Origin: Anaerolineae bacterium
GTDB taxonomy: Bacteria > Chloroflexota > Anaerolineae > UBA1429
DNA: 64,000 nucleotides
Direction of reading: 5' to 3'
NCBI GenBank assembly: GCA_963675785.1
Contig: OY776562.1
Span: 2,272,001 to 2,336,000, forward strand
Shown here: positions 29,619 to 39,426 of the stretch, one piece after another
Layout of the letters: the number at the start of each line of letters is the position of its first letter
Numbering within the stretch: position 1 is the stretch's first letter
Translations under genes and position numbers: made by a program
Notes under the pieces: generated by a model
Told to the model about the DNA's origin: nothing
Seen by the model: only the letters and a program-made list of their open reading frames with translations
Databases searched by the model: none

Positions 29619-29765
29619 GTACTGGCCTCCTTGCTATAGGTCAACAGTATAGGGGAATCACAGTTCAGGGCCAACTAGCCAAACGCAACGAGAAAACCCC
29701 AACTTTGACCCACGCCCCCACCCGTCGTAACATCCGATGTTGTGTCTAGTTTGGGGAGATTGTAA

Positions 29766-30389
29766 ATGATCCTGGATAGAATTCGTGTTGGTGATATGCG
29801 CACCAATTGCTATATCCTCGGCGATGAAAACACCCGAGATGCCCTTTTGGTCGATCCCGGCGCCGATGGAGACATTATTCTTGAGCGATGCCAAGAACTT
29901 GGGCTAACCATCACCAACATCGCCCTAACTCACTTTCACTTTGACCACATCATCGCCCTGGATGAGATACGCAAAAAAACAGGTGCACCAGCCTATATCC
30001 ATGCCCTTGACGCCGAACCCCTGCGCGCGCCGCACCCCATGTTCTACACCTGGTGCCGCGGAATCCCTACCGGTCTGGTTGCGGACCACACTGTTATAGA
30101 GGGAGATATCATCCGCTTTGGGCAATATAAAGCCGCCGTACTTCATACCCCGGGCCACTCTCCGGGCGGCATGTCACTATATATAGAAAAAGAAGCCACC
30201 GTTTTGACCGGCGATGCCCTCTTTTATCACAGCATTGGCCGCACAGACCTGCCGTGGAGCAGTGGCGCTGATCTCAAAGCAGGCATCCGCACACGCCTGT
30301 TCACACTTCCCCCAGAAACACTCGTCTATCCGGGGCACGGCCGGCCCAGCACCATTGGCGAAGAAATAGCCAATAATCCCTACATCTAG
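29766..30389 (+). CDS. MBL-fold metallo-hydrolase (glyoxalase II-like)
   Basis: THFHFDHI, HTPGHSPG, TGDALF, YPGHG. Confidence 0.92.
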   Translation: MILDRIRVGDMRTNCYILGDENTRDALLVDPGADGDIILERCQELGLTITNIALTHFHFDHIIALDEIRKKTGAPAYIHALDAEPLRAPHPMFYTWCRGIPTGLVADHTVIEGDIIRFGQYKAAVLHTPGHSPGGMSLYIEKEATVLTGDALFYHSIGRTDLPWSSGADLKAGIRTRLFTLPPETLVYPGHGRPSTIGEEIANNPYI

Positions 30390-31234
30390 GAAGCCGGGAA
30401 GCAGCTCTCAATCACGGTGCGCGCTTGGTCTGAGAGAAGCCAATCGGCCAGCTCACGACCGCTACCGGCTATATCATCAGGCGCTACCAACACCACGTCG
30501 AGCAGCATAGGCCAAGCTTCGGCATCGCTACAGTCGTATGAAGCACCATCGATAGTAACGATTTGGACGCCATCGAGGGCTCGTGCGACCGAGGCCGCGC
30601 AGTAGCCAACTGCACCAATGTTGCCTCGCACATAATCCACGATGGTACGATCATCGGGCATAACAATGCAGGCAGAGCTGTTGGGTTCTCCTTCGAGCAT
30701 AGCCTCTTGCCAAAGCGCAGAACGAGAAGCATCCGCTTGTACCAGCACCTCAGGGGCACCCTGCCCCATGCTCAAATCCGCCCAATCCAGCACAAAACCG
30801 TGGTAGAGGTCCTGCAAAGCATTATCCTCAATATCGGAAATGGCACTATCCGGATGAGAGATAAACACCAGGCCATCATGAGCGATGACCGCGCTACCAA
30901 ACCCCTCATCAAGTTCTAGCGTGGTGCCGGACGGAATCAATACAATGGCTAACTCAGTCGTGCCCTCTGCAACCATGGCGATAGCATCGGTCGAAGTAGT
31001 CTCGTAAAGATCGAGGAGTAACGGCCCATCGTCAGAAGCAGCTTCACAGGCCTCGATGAGGAAGAAACCCGCGGTATCTACCGCCACAGGCAATCCCTCG
31101 ACATTGGGCAGAGGTTGCAGTTCAGGCTCGGTCGTCAAAGAGGCGAACGGCGAGCAGGCTGCCAGTACTACGGCAAGCAGTAGACATGCCACACTCAAAA
31201 GCCAACGCCGCAAACGCCGATGCCTGAAATTCAT
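30386..31234 (-). CDS. Lipoprotein, PstS-like substrate-binding domain (degenerate)
   Basis: Lipobox LAAC; IAHDGLVFISHP, LYHGFVLDWADL and GAVGY resemble PBP2 phosphate-binding proteins. Confidence 0.6.
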   Translation of the reverse strand: MNFRHRRLRRWLLSVACLLLAVVLAACSPFASLTTEPELQPLPNVEGLPVAVDTAGFFLIEACEAASDDGPLLLDLYETTSTDAIAMVAEGTTELAIVLIPSGTTLELDEGFGSAVIAHDGLVFISHPDSAISDIEDNALQDLYHGFVLDWADLSMGQGAPEVLVQADASRSALWQEAMLEGEPNSSACIVMPDDRTIVDYVRGNIGAVGYCAASVARALDGVQIVTIDGASYDCSDAEAWPMLLDVVLVAPDDIAGSGRELADWLLSDQARTVIESCFPAS

Positions 31235-32040
31235 CGAACCAGCCAGACGGTAATGCCCACAATGCCTGCCACCCAACAATAATAGGCGAACCCTTTGATG
31301 CTATGCTTTTGAACCAGGTTCAATAACCAACGAATAGCAAAATAGCCGCACAAAGCCGCTGCCACAAAGCCCACCGCCAACACACCCCACGATTCACCCA
31401 TGGCCGCGCCTGAAAAAGCATCAGAAATCTTGAACACGGCAGCCCCGGCAATCAGCGGAATGCCCATGATAAAGCTAAAACGCGCTGCCGTCGGACGATC
31501 CAGCCCAGACAATAGGCCTGCAGAGATGGTCGAGCCAGAACGGGAGATACCCGGCGCAATAGCCAGTGCCTGGCCCAGCCCCATGACAACCGCATCACGC
31601 ACGGAAATCTGCCGCATATTGCGTTCACGGCGACCCAGGCGATCGCTGACAAACAAAAACACCCCCGTCACCAGTAGCAAGCAGGAAACGATGATGGGCG
31701 AACCAAATAGCGACTCAAACCAGTCATCGAGCAAATAGCCCAGCACAGCCCCGGGGATAGCCCCCAAAATCACCAGCCACGGCAAGCGTTCGAAAGGCGT
31801 TGCCAGGCTACGATGACGTAGACTGGACCAAAAACCCTTGAACAACTCGATGATATCCGCCCAAAAGTAAATGATGACCGCCACCAAAGTACCCAAGTGC
31901 ACTACCGTATCGAACAACAATGACGAGGCCGACCAGTTCAAAAGCCAAGGCACAAGTACAAGATGTCCCGAACTGCTCACCGGCAGAAACTCGGTTGCAC
32001 CCTGCAGAACGCCTAGAACGAATGCTTGGAAAAATGTCAC
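31231..32040 (-). CDS. uppP: Undecaprenyl-diphosphate phosphatase
   Basis: QGATEFLPVSSSGHL, PGISRSGSTI, AARFSF. Confidence 0.96.
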   Translation of the reverse strand: MTFFQAFVLGVLQGATEFLPVSSSGHLVLVPWLLNWSASSLLFDTVVHLGTLVAVIIYFWADIIELFKGFWSSLRHRSLATPFERLPWLVILGAIPGAVLGYLLDDWFESLFGSPIIVSCLLLVTGVFLFVSDRLGRRERNMRQISVRDAVVMGLGQALAIAPGISRSGSTISAGLLSGLDRPTAARFSFIMGIPLIAGAAVFKISDAFSGAAMGESWGVLAVGFVAAALCGYFAIRWLLNLVQKHSIKGFAYYCWVAGIVGITVWLVR

Positions 32041-32057
32041 CGTGTGCCTCCCCGCGA

Positions 32058-33245
32058 CTAAGAGTTTTGGCGCTTACTTTGCCCCCAGGCCTCACGATTT
32101 TCAACCCGTGCCTGGCTATTTGCAACCTGATAACGCTCAAGAAAGACGTCTCTGAACTGGGCCAGGGTTCCATCGAGAATGGCCTGGCGTATCTGCCGCA
32201 TCAAATCGAGCAGAAAATGAACATTATGAATGGTATTGAGATGCAGCCCTAGGGTTTCTTTGGTCATCACCAAATGGCGCAAGTACGAACGCGTAAAGGT
32301 GCGGCAGGTATAGCAGGTGCAGCCTTCTTGAATAGGACGCTCGTCCTCACGATTGCTGGCGTTACGCAGATTCAGGCGACCATCCAAAGTGAATACAGCG
32401 CCATTGCGAGCCAAGCGTGTAGGTAACACACAATCAAACATATCAATGCCCCGCCAAACGCCCTCGATCAAGTCCTCGGGAGAACCCACCCCCATCAGGT
32501 AGCGGGGCTTGTTTTCGGGCAGGTAGGGTGTGGTGTGATCCAGAATACGCAGCATATCCTCTTTGCTCTCACCCACAGAAAGCCCGCCAATAGCATAGCC
32601 GGGGAAATCCATAGCGCTGAGCGTAGCCGCGCTTTGTTGCCGTAAATCCTCAAAGATGCCGCCCTGGACGATGCCGAAAACGGCCTGATCAGACCGAGTA
32701 TGGGCCTCCAAACACTGTGCAGCCCAACGATGCGTGCGCTCCAGGGCACGGATATTGTATTCGCGGTCATGGGGTTCGGCGCATTCATCCAGCACCATCG
32801 CAATGTCAGAGCCAAGAAGCTCTTGAGTGTGCATTACACTCTCTGGTGTAAAACGATGTCGTGAACCATCGATATGAGACTGAAAGGTGACACCATCCTC
32901 ATCGATCTGGCGCAAGCCCTGCAAGCTAAATACCTGAAAGCCGCCACTATCCGTCAGAATGGGGCGATCCCAGGCCATAAAACGGTGCAGCCCCCCCCTG
33001 CGGTCGATAAGTTCGGCCCCTGGCCGCAAATAGAGATGATACGTGTTGGCTAAAATCATGGGGGCGTCGAGTTCGACGAGATCGCGCGGAGCCAACGTTT
33101 TGACCGTGGCTTGCGTACCAACCGGGCAAAAGATAGGCGTAGGCACGTCGCCGTGAGGCGTGTGCATCATACCAGCGCGAGCCATCGAAGCAGGATCTGT
33201 GTGTTCTAGATCAAAAGTCAGTGCAAAAGGGGTAGAATTTGGCAT
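32058..33245 (-). CDS. tgt: tRNA-guanine(34) transglycosylase
   Basis: ANTYHL, DSGGFQVFSL, LDEC, GIVQGG, GGLSVGE, DMFDCVLPTR, CTCYTC zinc site. Confidence 0.97.
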   Translation of the reverse strand: MPNSTPFALTFDLEHTDPASMARAGMMHTPHGDVPTPIFCPVGTQATVKTLAPRDLVELDAPMILANTYHLYLRPGAELIDRRGGLHRFMAWDRPILTDSGGFQVFSLQGLRQIDEDGVTFQSHIDGSRHRFTPESVMHTQELLGSDIAMVLDECAEPHDREYNIRALERTHRWAAQCLEAHTRSDQAVFGIVQGGIFEDLRQQSAATLSAMDFPGYAIGGLSVGESKEDMLRILDHTTPYLPENKPRYLMGVGSPEDLIEGVWRGIDMFDCVLPTRLARNGAVFTLDGRLNLRNASNREDERPIQEGCTCYTCRTFTRSYLRHLVMTKETLGLHLNTIHNVHFLLDLMRQIRQAILDGTLAQFRDVFLERYQVANSQARVENREAWGQSKRQNS

Positions 33246-33289
33246 GGGGCGATTATACCATAGGCACTGCAGGCGTCGGAATCCTCATG

Positions 33290-33322
33290 CAAAAGCAAAG
33301 CGCCCCTCATATGAGGGGCGCT
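33290..33322 (-). terminator. Terminator-like palindrome after the FmdB gene
   Basis: 24-bp palindrome AGCGCCCCTCATATGAGGGGCGCT (33299-33322) followed on the minus strand by TTGCTTTT. Confidence 0.7.
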
Positions 33323-33337
33323 ATTTGCAAACCGCGT

Positions 33338-33550
33338 TTAGTGGCCGCAAGACGAACAAGAACCGCCGCTGCAACCGGCACAACCGCCGCCACCAGAACC
33401 AGAGGTGACCGAGCAGCAGGCCGTCAATTCACGTTTCGAATTCGTGCTCTTACAAGCTGGGCACTGGGCGGGCTCATCTGCCTGAGAATAGGGTCTCAAC
33501 AGATCAAACTTGTTGTTGCAGTCCTTACAGGTGTACTCGTAGAACGGCAT
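33338..33550 (-). CDS. FmdB family zinc-ribbon protein
   Basis: MPFYEYTCKDC...CPACKS, Gly/Cys/Ser tail GCAGCSGGSCSSCGH. Confidence 0.88.
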   Translation of the reverse strand: MPFYEYTCKDCNNKFDLLRPYSQADEPAQCPACKSTNSKRELTACCSVTSGSGGGGCAGCSGGSCSSCGH

Positions 33551-33622
33551 AGCTATTCCTTCCAGTGATTTGTTTCCACAACAGCCACTATGATAGACCA
33601 AACAAAGCAAGGGCACAAAACC

Positions 33623-34858
33623 CTATTCAGAACAGGCGTCGATGGCCTTGCGCAAACGCCGAATGCCCTCATAGATCATGTCGGGGTCCATAGTGGCGAA
33701 CGATAGCCGTAGCGTATTCTTGCCCACGCCGGGCACTGTATAAAAGGGGCCGCCTGGCACAAAGGCCACGTTCTCTTTGGCAGCGATCTTGAGCAATTCG
33801 ATGGTGTCCAGGCAGCAGTTGAGCTCCAACCAAAGGAACAAACCGCCCTCGGGACGAACATAAGTCACAATATCACCCAAGATTTCGTCCACAGCATCGC
33901 ACATGGCGTTGCAGCGCACCAAATAATGCTCGCGGATGCGATCGAGTTGATCGGGCATATAACCCAACCGCAAGAACTCGGAGGCTATAGCTTGAGCCAG
34001 GGCGTTACTTTGCACATCGGCGCCCTGCTTGGCCATGATGAATTGCTCTTTGACCGAAGGCGGCGCTACGAGCCAGGAAATGCGCAAGCCCGGCGCGAGA
34101 ATCTTGGAAAAAGAGCTGGCATAGATAACATTGCCCGTAACATGTTCGCTAGCGACCGCATTTTCAGGGTGCAAGGCAGCATCCAACTCAAAGAGCGAGG
34201 GGAGAAACTCGCCGTCAAAACGCAGCAAGCCATAAGGATCATCCTCGAGGATGGGCACGCCGTATTTATCAGCCAGCTCAACCACCTTCTTGCGACGCTC
34301 CAGGCTCATAGTCACACCAGTGGGGTTTTGGAAATTGGGAATGGCATAGATAAAGCTGGCCTTGGTTTCTTTGAGGGCTGTCTCCAACTCGTCGATGCAC
34401 ATGCCCTCGTCGTCCACGGGGACCGGAGCAAATTTGCAGCCATAGGCCTTAAAGGCCTGCAAGGCCCCAAGGAAGGTGGGAGACTCGACGATCACCACAT
34501 CGCCTTCGTCCAAAAAGAGGCGGCCAGCCAAATCCAGCGTCTGCTGGGTGCCGCTAGTGATAGCGATATTATTCACGCCTGCATGAATGCCATTTTCTCG
34601 GGAGAAATCGACCAACTGCTGGCGCAAACCAATATAGCCATCGGTCACGCCGTACTGCAACGAAGCAGCAGGCTGCTCTTCCATGACATAGTTGGCGAGT
34701 TCTCCAAGCTTGTCTACGGGGAAAAGACTGGCATCGGGCCACCCACCAGACATTGAGATAACGTCGGGAGACTGGGCCGATTTGAGAATCTCACGAATAA
34801 TCGACGTGGTCATCCATTCGAGACGGCGGGAATAGCGACTGGTCCAATCAACGCTCAT
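33623..34858 (-). CDS. PLP-dependent class I aminotransferase (LysN/2-aminoadipate transaminase-like)
   Basis: LQYG, PNFQNPTG, EDDPYG, SFSKILAPGLR, PEGGLFLW. Confidence 0.9.
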   Translation of the reverse strand: MSVDWTSRYSRRLEWMTTSIIREILKSAQSPDVISMSGGWPDASLFPVDKLGELANYVMEEQPAASLQYGVTDGYIGLRQQLVDFSRENGIHAGVNNIAITSGTQQTLDLAGRLFLDEGDVVIVESPTFLGALQAFKAYGCKFAPVPVDDEGMCIDELETALKETKASFIYAIPNFQNPTGVTMSLERRKKVVELADKYGVPILEDDPYGLLRFDGEFLPSLFELDAALHPENAVASEHVTGNVIYASSFSKILAPGLRISWLVAPPSVKEQFIMAKQGADVQSNALAQAIASEFLRLGYMPDQLDRIREHYLVRCNAMCDAVDEILGDIVTYVRPEGGLFLWLELNCCLDTIELLKIAAKENVAFVPGGPFYTVPGVGKNTLRLSFATMDPDMIYEGIRRLRKAIDACSE

Positions 34859-35795
34859 TTTGATCTCCTCTTACCTGATGAGATGCCACGACGTCGTCGT
34901 CGAGCGCAGCCGCTGTTGCTGCGTTCTCTTCTTTGCCAGCCACATAAATGCCAGCCAGAATGAGAATACTGCCAATGTAAAAAGCGGGGACAGGGATTTC
35001 CCTCAATATGATAAAAGCCAATAGGCTAGAGCCGATTGGCTCGCCCAAGACAGTGAGGGTCACCATCACGGGCGTCTGGAAAGACAAAGACCAGTTGAGC
35101 AACGAATGGCCGATAATCTGCGGGCCCAAAGCCATCAGAATAACCATCAAATAAGTGTTCGAGCTATAGCCGATGACGGGGACCCCCATCACAAAGCAAC
35201 ATACTAATAGAATGATACCAGCCATGCCATATGTTGGCCAAACATAGGCCATCGTCGAGAGCTTTTTGCGCAAATGATCGGCGATCATAAAGTTGGCGCC
35301 TATGCAGAGTGCACCCAGAACAGCCATCAAGTCGCCCAGTAGAGCCTGGCCCGATAACCTAAAATCGCCATAGCTCACGACCACACTGCCCATCATAGCA
35401 ACAGCGATGGCAATAGCCTTACCGCGAGAAACCCTTTGGCCCAAGAAGAAATGAGAGACCAAACCCACATAAATAGGCGTAGTAGTGACCAGAATGACCG
35501 AACTGGCCACAGTAGTGTACTCTAGAGAGGCGAACCAGGTAGCAAAGTGCGCCGCCAGGGCCGCAGCAGCCCCCAACATCAGCCATTTGTCTTTGGTGTT
35601 GAGCACGTGCCATTCTCTTCGAATGGCCGGTATACCCCAAGGGGCAAGGAGTATCGAAGCCAGCAACAATCGAAAAGCGCCAATAAAAAAGGCGGGAGCG
35701 TCCGAAAGACGCGCCAAAATCGAAGCAGTCGAAATTGCCAGGATGCTCAACACCAAAGCACTCGTGCGGATGCCACGTCGTTCGGCCAAGGCCAT
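34848..35795 (-). CDS. DMT/EamA family transporter
   Basis: About 10 TM segments, HFATWFASLEYTTVASS, GHSLLNWSL, GEPIGS. Confidence 0.88.
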   Translation of the reverse strand: MALAERRGIRTSALVLSILAISTASILARLSDAPAFFIGAFRLLLASILLAPWGIPAIRREWHVLNTKDKWLMLGAAAALAAHFATWFASLEYTTVASSVILVTTTPIYVGLVSHFFLGQRVSRGKAIAIAVAMMGSVVVSYGDFRLSGQALLGDLMAVLGALCIGANFMIADHLRKKLSTMAYVWPTYGMAGIILLVCCFVMGVPVIGYSSNTYLMVILMALGPQIIGHSLLNWSLSFQTPVMVTLTVLGEPIGSSLLAFIILREIPVPAFYIGSILILAGIYVAGKEENAATAAALDDDVVASHQVRGDQNER

Positions 35796-35921
35796 TCAAT
35801 CACCCCAAGGTTCAGAATTATCAGGCATTGTACTGCTGTGGTGGCAACAGGGCAAAGCCGGCGGTTGCAGTGCAATACGGCCATGGTAGAATAGTGTATC
35901 AGAGAAGAGAAAGACACAGCA

Positions 35922-37655
35922 ATGCCTATTCATATTCTGCCGCCTGACATCATCAATAAAATCGCCGCCGGTGAAGTCATCGAGCGGCCAGCTTCGGTCG
36001 CCAAAGAGCTCATCGAGAACGCTATTGATGCCGGAGCTACCGAGATAGAGGTGGCTGTGGATGAGGGCGGCCAGCGTCTCATCCAAGTCAGCGATAATGG
36101 CAGTGGCATCGCCGCCGATCAGGTGGAGGTTGCCTTTGCACGGCACGCCACCAGCAAACTCGAAAGCGCAGATGACTTGTATCGCATCCGCACTCTGGGC
36201 TTTCGCGGCGAGGCATTGGCCAGCATTGCCGCAGTTTCACAGCTTACGCTTACTACCCGTACCCAAGAAGACAGCGCCGGCACACTGGTGCGTTATCATG
36301 GTGGCGAACGCATGGAAAAGAGCCTCGTGGGGCGTTCGCTCGGCACGAGCGTGATGGTGGAACACCTCTTTTTCAATACACCCGCCCGCAAAAAGTTCTT
36401 GCGCTCGGATAGTACCGAGGCCAGCCATGTGGCTCGGCTGGTCAGCAGCTATGCTCTGGCTTTCCCCACCATTCGCTTTACGCTCAAAAAGAATGGACGT
36501 CAGATTCTAGCCAGCAACGGCACGGGCAAGCTGCTCGATGCCATAGTCGCTGTGTACGGCCTGGATACGGCCAGTCAAATGGTAGAACTGGAACCCCAGG
36601 AGAACCCCGAATTGCTGCTAGTCAGTGGCTATACTGGCGAACCCGGATTGAACCGCTCTAATCGCGGCGATATTGTGCTCTTTGTGAACCACCGCTGGAT
36701 ACAAGACAACACCCTGAGCTATGCCATCACCGAGGCCTATCGAGGCTTACTGCCGCAGCGTCGTTACCCGGTAGCCATCATTAATATCACGTTGCCTCCC
36801 GAGGATGTGGACGTCAATATTCACCCCACCAAGCGCGAAGTCCGTTTCCGCCAGGGGCGAGATATTTTTGTGGCGGTACAGCGCGCTGTTCGCCGGGCTA
36901 TTCTAGGCACCAGCCCAGTGCGTTCCAGCGAACTGCCGCCCGCCGTTAATACAGCCAACTACCAGCCCCTTTATCATGAGCTCGATCTGCGCAATAGGCC
37001 AGGTGGTTCGATCCCCTTGGGCCCTAACACCCAGCAGGCCATGGAGGCTTACCGCCCCTCTGCTGCACTAGGGCCACAGCGAGAGGGTCGCCTGCCTATG
37101 CTGCGTGTGGTAGGACAAATTGCCCAAACCTATATCATCGCCGAAGGGCCCGGCGGCATGTATCTCATCGATCAGCACGCCGCTCACGAGCGCATCCGTT
37201 ATGAAGAGATCCGCACGCAAAAGCAGGGCTCCTTGGCCGCGCAAGATCTGCTTCAGCCATTGCCCATTGACGTAGCGCCGCAGCAAGCCGCGCTGCTTGA
37301 AGAACATCTGGATGATCTGGTCTCGCTGGGCTTTGTCGTTGAACCCTTTGGCGGCTCGACCTTTTTGGTACGCCGTGTGCCAGTGGAAATGATCGGCGAG
37401 AGTGTCACCGAGGCTTTGGCCGAGATGCTCGACCCCGATGCAGCCGATAGCTCCTGGTCCTGGGATGATCGGGCCCAGATCACCCTAGCCTGCCATACGG
37501 CCATTCGCGCTGGCCAAACGCTCTCTATGCAAGAGATGCAAGAGCTGGTGCGCAAACTCGAAGCCTGCGAGGTCCCTCACACCTGCCCTCATGGGCGCCC
37601 CACCTTGTTGCACTTTTCCTCTGCTCAACTGGAAAAACAATTCGGCCGTATCTAG
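35922..37655 (+). CDS. mutL: DNA mismatch repair endonuclease MutL
   Basis: IAAGEVIERP, KELIENAIDAGA, GFRGEALASI, DQHAAHERI, CPHGRP. Confidence 0.97.
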   Translation: MPIHILPPDIINKIAAGEVIERPASVAKELIENAIDAGATEIEVAVDEGGQRLIQVSDNGSGIAADQVEVAFARHATSKLESADDLYRIRTLGFRGEALASIAAVSQLTLTTRTQEDSAGTLVRYHGGERMEKSLVGRSLGTSVMVEHLFFNTPARKKFLRSDSTEASHVARLVSSYALAFPTIRFTLKKNGRQILASNGTGKLLDAIVAVYGLDTASQMVELEPQENPELLLVSGYTGEPGLNRSNRGDIVLFVNHRWIQDNTLSYAITEAYRGLLPQRRYPVAIINITLPPEDVDVNIHPTKREVRFRQGRDIFVAVQRAVRRAILGTSPVRSSELPPAVNTANYQPLYHELDLRNRPGGSIPLGPNTQQAMEAYRPSAALGPQREGRLPMLRVVGQIAQTYIIAEGPGGMYLIDQHAAHERIRYEEIRTQKQGSLAAQDLLQPLPIDVAPQQAALLEEHLDDLVSLGFVVEPFGGSTFLVRRVPVEMIGESVTEALAEMLDPDAADSSWSWDDRAQITLACHTAIRAGQTLSMQEMQELVRKLEACEVPHTCPHGRPTLLHFSSAQLEKQFGRI

Positions 37656-37731
37656 CTCAAATTGCGAAACCCTGTATCGGTTGCCACGTATAGTATTCGT
37701 TCATTCGCAACAACGGATACGGGAGAATAAC

Positions 37732-38121
37732 GTGAAGAACATCTATCGTCGCAAGAACAATCGCGTCATTGCCGGTGTGTGCGGCGGAATCGCAGACTAC
37801 TTGGGCATCGACGCAGTTTGGATTCGGCTCGCCTTTGTCGCCCTATTCCTGATGGAAGGCAGCGGCATACTACTGTACCTCATTGCTTGGCTGCTCATTC
37901 CTGAAAAGAGCGGCGAGCAAGAGCTCGATCCCTGGAATGAAAAAGACAACCAGAAAAGGGCCGAAGTCGGCGGCGTCCTACTCATTGGCACGGGCTTATT
38001 GCTCTTGGCTCGCCACCTGGGGCTGCTTAGCTGGCTCAACTTTGGCACATTGCTACCCATCGTGCTCATCGTTGCCGGTGGTGTGCTCATCATGAGAAAC
38101 CGCCAGGGTGCCCACTCATGA
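37732..38121 (+). CDS. PspC domain membrane protein
   Basis: RRKNNRVIAGVCGGIADYLGIDAVWIRL, YLIAWLLIP; GTG start after GGAG. Confidence 0.88.
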   Translation: MKNIYRRKNNRVIAGVCGGIADYLGIDAVWIRLAFVALFLMEGSGILLYLIAWLLIPEKSGEQELDPWNEKDNQKRAEVGGVLLIGTGLLLLARHLGLLSWLNFGTLLPIVLIVAGGVLIMRNRQGAHS

Positions 38122-39011
38122 GTGAAAAGCGCGAGACGCCCAGTCTGCTGCTGCCCCTGCTGCTCATTACAGCAGGGGCAGCTCTGCTTCTTCAACAAAC
38201 CGGCATGTACACCATACCCTGGGGACACATCGCCAGGCTATGGCCCTTGCTTTTGGTGCTCTTTGGGCTAGAAGCCCTGTTCAGGGCACTCAAAGCACCG
38301 GCGTTAGTGGCATCCAGTGCAGCCTTGGTCATTACCCTGGTTGGCGGCTTGATCTTTGAGCCCATCCTCTACCCCGCCCAGAATCCGGGGCAGGTATCCT
38401 ACCTTTACCAGGGGAACGGCGCAGAAACCGCGGAATTATACTTGCAAGCCAGCGCTGCCACAGTGACGGTCGACACTGAACTGAATGAGGGGATGATTGC
38501 CGTCGATATCAGTGACCCTGAAGGCGTAGATGACATCTCAACGCAAGAAGAGCGTAGTGACAATACACTGATCGTTCGCGTGAACAACCAACGCACCCGC
38601 GTAAACGTGCCGCTTGTTGATGAGGAGACAACAGCCCAATGGCGTACCCATATTGCGGCGGATGCACCAAGCACGCTCGTTGTCGAGACCGGCGCAGGCA
38701 AGATTGATGTGGATATGAGCGAGGCAGCGCTATCTGGGCTGAACCTACACACAGGTGTGGGCAGCATGAATGTCGAATTGCCCGCAGGGGATTATTCGGC
38801 AGACCTAAGCTGCGGCGTAGGCAAGATTGTGTTGACCTTGCCGGAAAGCGCCGCTGTGCGCATCTACGCCGATAGTGGTTTGGGTAACACCACGGCAAAC
38901 AGTCATTACCAGCTGGTAGACGGTTATTACGTCTCGGCAGCTTTTTCAGAAAGCGAACCTTTTGCCACGATCACTATTAGCACCGGCATTGGCTCGATCG
39001 TTCTTCAGTAG
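38118..39011 (+). CDS. LiaF/LiaG-like membrane protein with C-terminal beta-repeat domain
   Basis: N-terminal TMs with WPLLLVLFGL, repeated TGAG/TGVG/CGVG/SGLG/TGIG beta repeats; ATGA overlap with the PspC gene. Confidence 0.7.
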   Translation: MSEKRETPSLLLPLLLITAGAALLLQQTGMYTIPWGHIARLWPLLLVLFGLEALFRALKAPALVASSAALVITLVGGLIFEPILYPAQNPGQVSYLYQGNGAETAELYLQASAATVTVDTELNEGMIAVDISDPEGVDDISTQEERSDNTLIVRVNNQRTRVNVPLVDEETTAQWRTHIAADAPSTLVVETGAGKIDVDMSEAALSGLNLHTGVGSMNVELPAGDYSADLSCGVGKIVLTLPESAAVRIYADSGLGNTTANSHYQLVDGYYVSAAFSESEPFATITISTGIGSIVLQ

Positions 39012-39038
39012 CAAAATACCCCAATTTACTGGATTTGT

Positions 39039-39067
39039 TTGACGGCCCTCCCGGGGTACTCTATACT
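39039..39067 (+). promoter_or_regulatory. Sigma70 promoter of the CsoR-family gene with G/C-tract operator in the spacer
   Basis: TTGACG-N17-TATACT; spacer contains CCCTCCCGGGGTAC. Confidence 0.65.
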
Positions 39068-39104
39068 GTCGCACGAGATACCGGTAGGAAAGGCAGAGCA
39101 GAGA

Positions 39105-39380
39105 ATGAGCCGCCAACAAGACGAGATTCTGGGGCGCCTGCGACGAGTCGAGGGTCAGATTCGCGGCATTCAGCGCATGATCACCGAAGAGCGCGATTGC
39201 GAGGCGATCGTCACACAGATTCTCGCCGCACGCGCCGCCCTCGAGAAGGCGAGCTTGCTCATATTGAGCGATCAGATCGATAGCTGCCTGCTCGGCCCCG
39301 AAGGAGAGCAAGATCCCGAGCGCGTCAAGCGCATGGTCGAGCACTTGCTCAAGTTCAACCGTCCAGATGCTTCCGAATAA
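39105..39380 (+). CDS. CsoR/RcnR/CstR family transcriptional repressor
   Basis: RLRRVEGQIRGIQRMI, DCEAIVTQILAARAAL, QIDSC. Confidence 0.9.
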   Translation: MSRQQDEILGRLRRVEGQIRGIQRMITEERDCEAIVTQILAARAALEKASLLILSDQIDSCLLGPEGEQDPERVKRMVEHLLKFNRPDASE

Positions 39381-39384
39381 CAAC

Positions 39385-39421
39385 AAAAAAAGGCCGAGTC
39401 GCTTTGACTCGGCCTTTTTTT
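39385..39421. terminator. Bidirectional Rho-independent terminator
   Basis: A7-GGCCGAGTC-GCTTT-GACTCGGCC-T7 between convergent genes. Confidence 0.9.
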
Positions 39422-39426
39422 GTTTA

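Noticed and set aside
29619-29765. T-box riboswitch upstream of proS (GGGTGG present on the minus strand)
   Set aside because: The TGG-N-ACC antiterminator bulge is absent, the region is too short, and a TATACT -10 candidate lies only about 30 nt before the proS start
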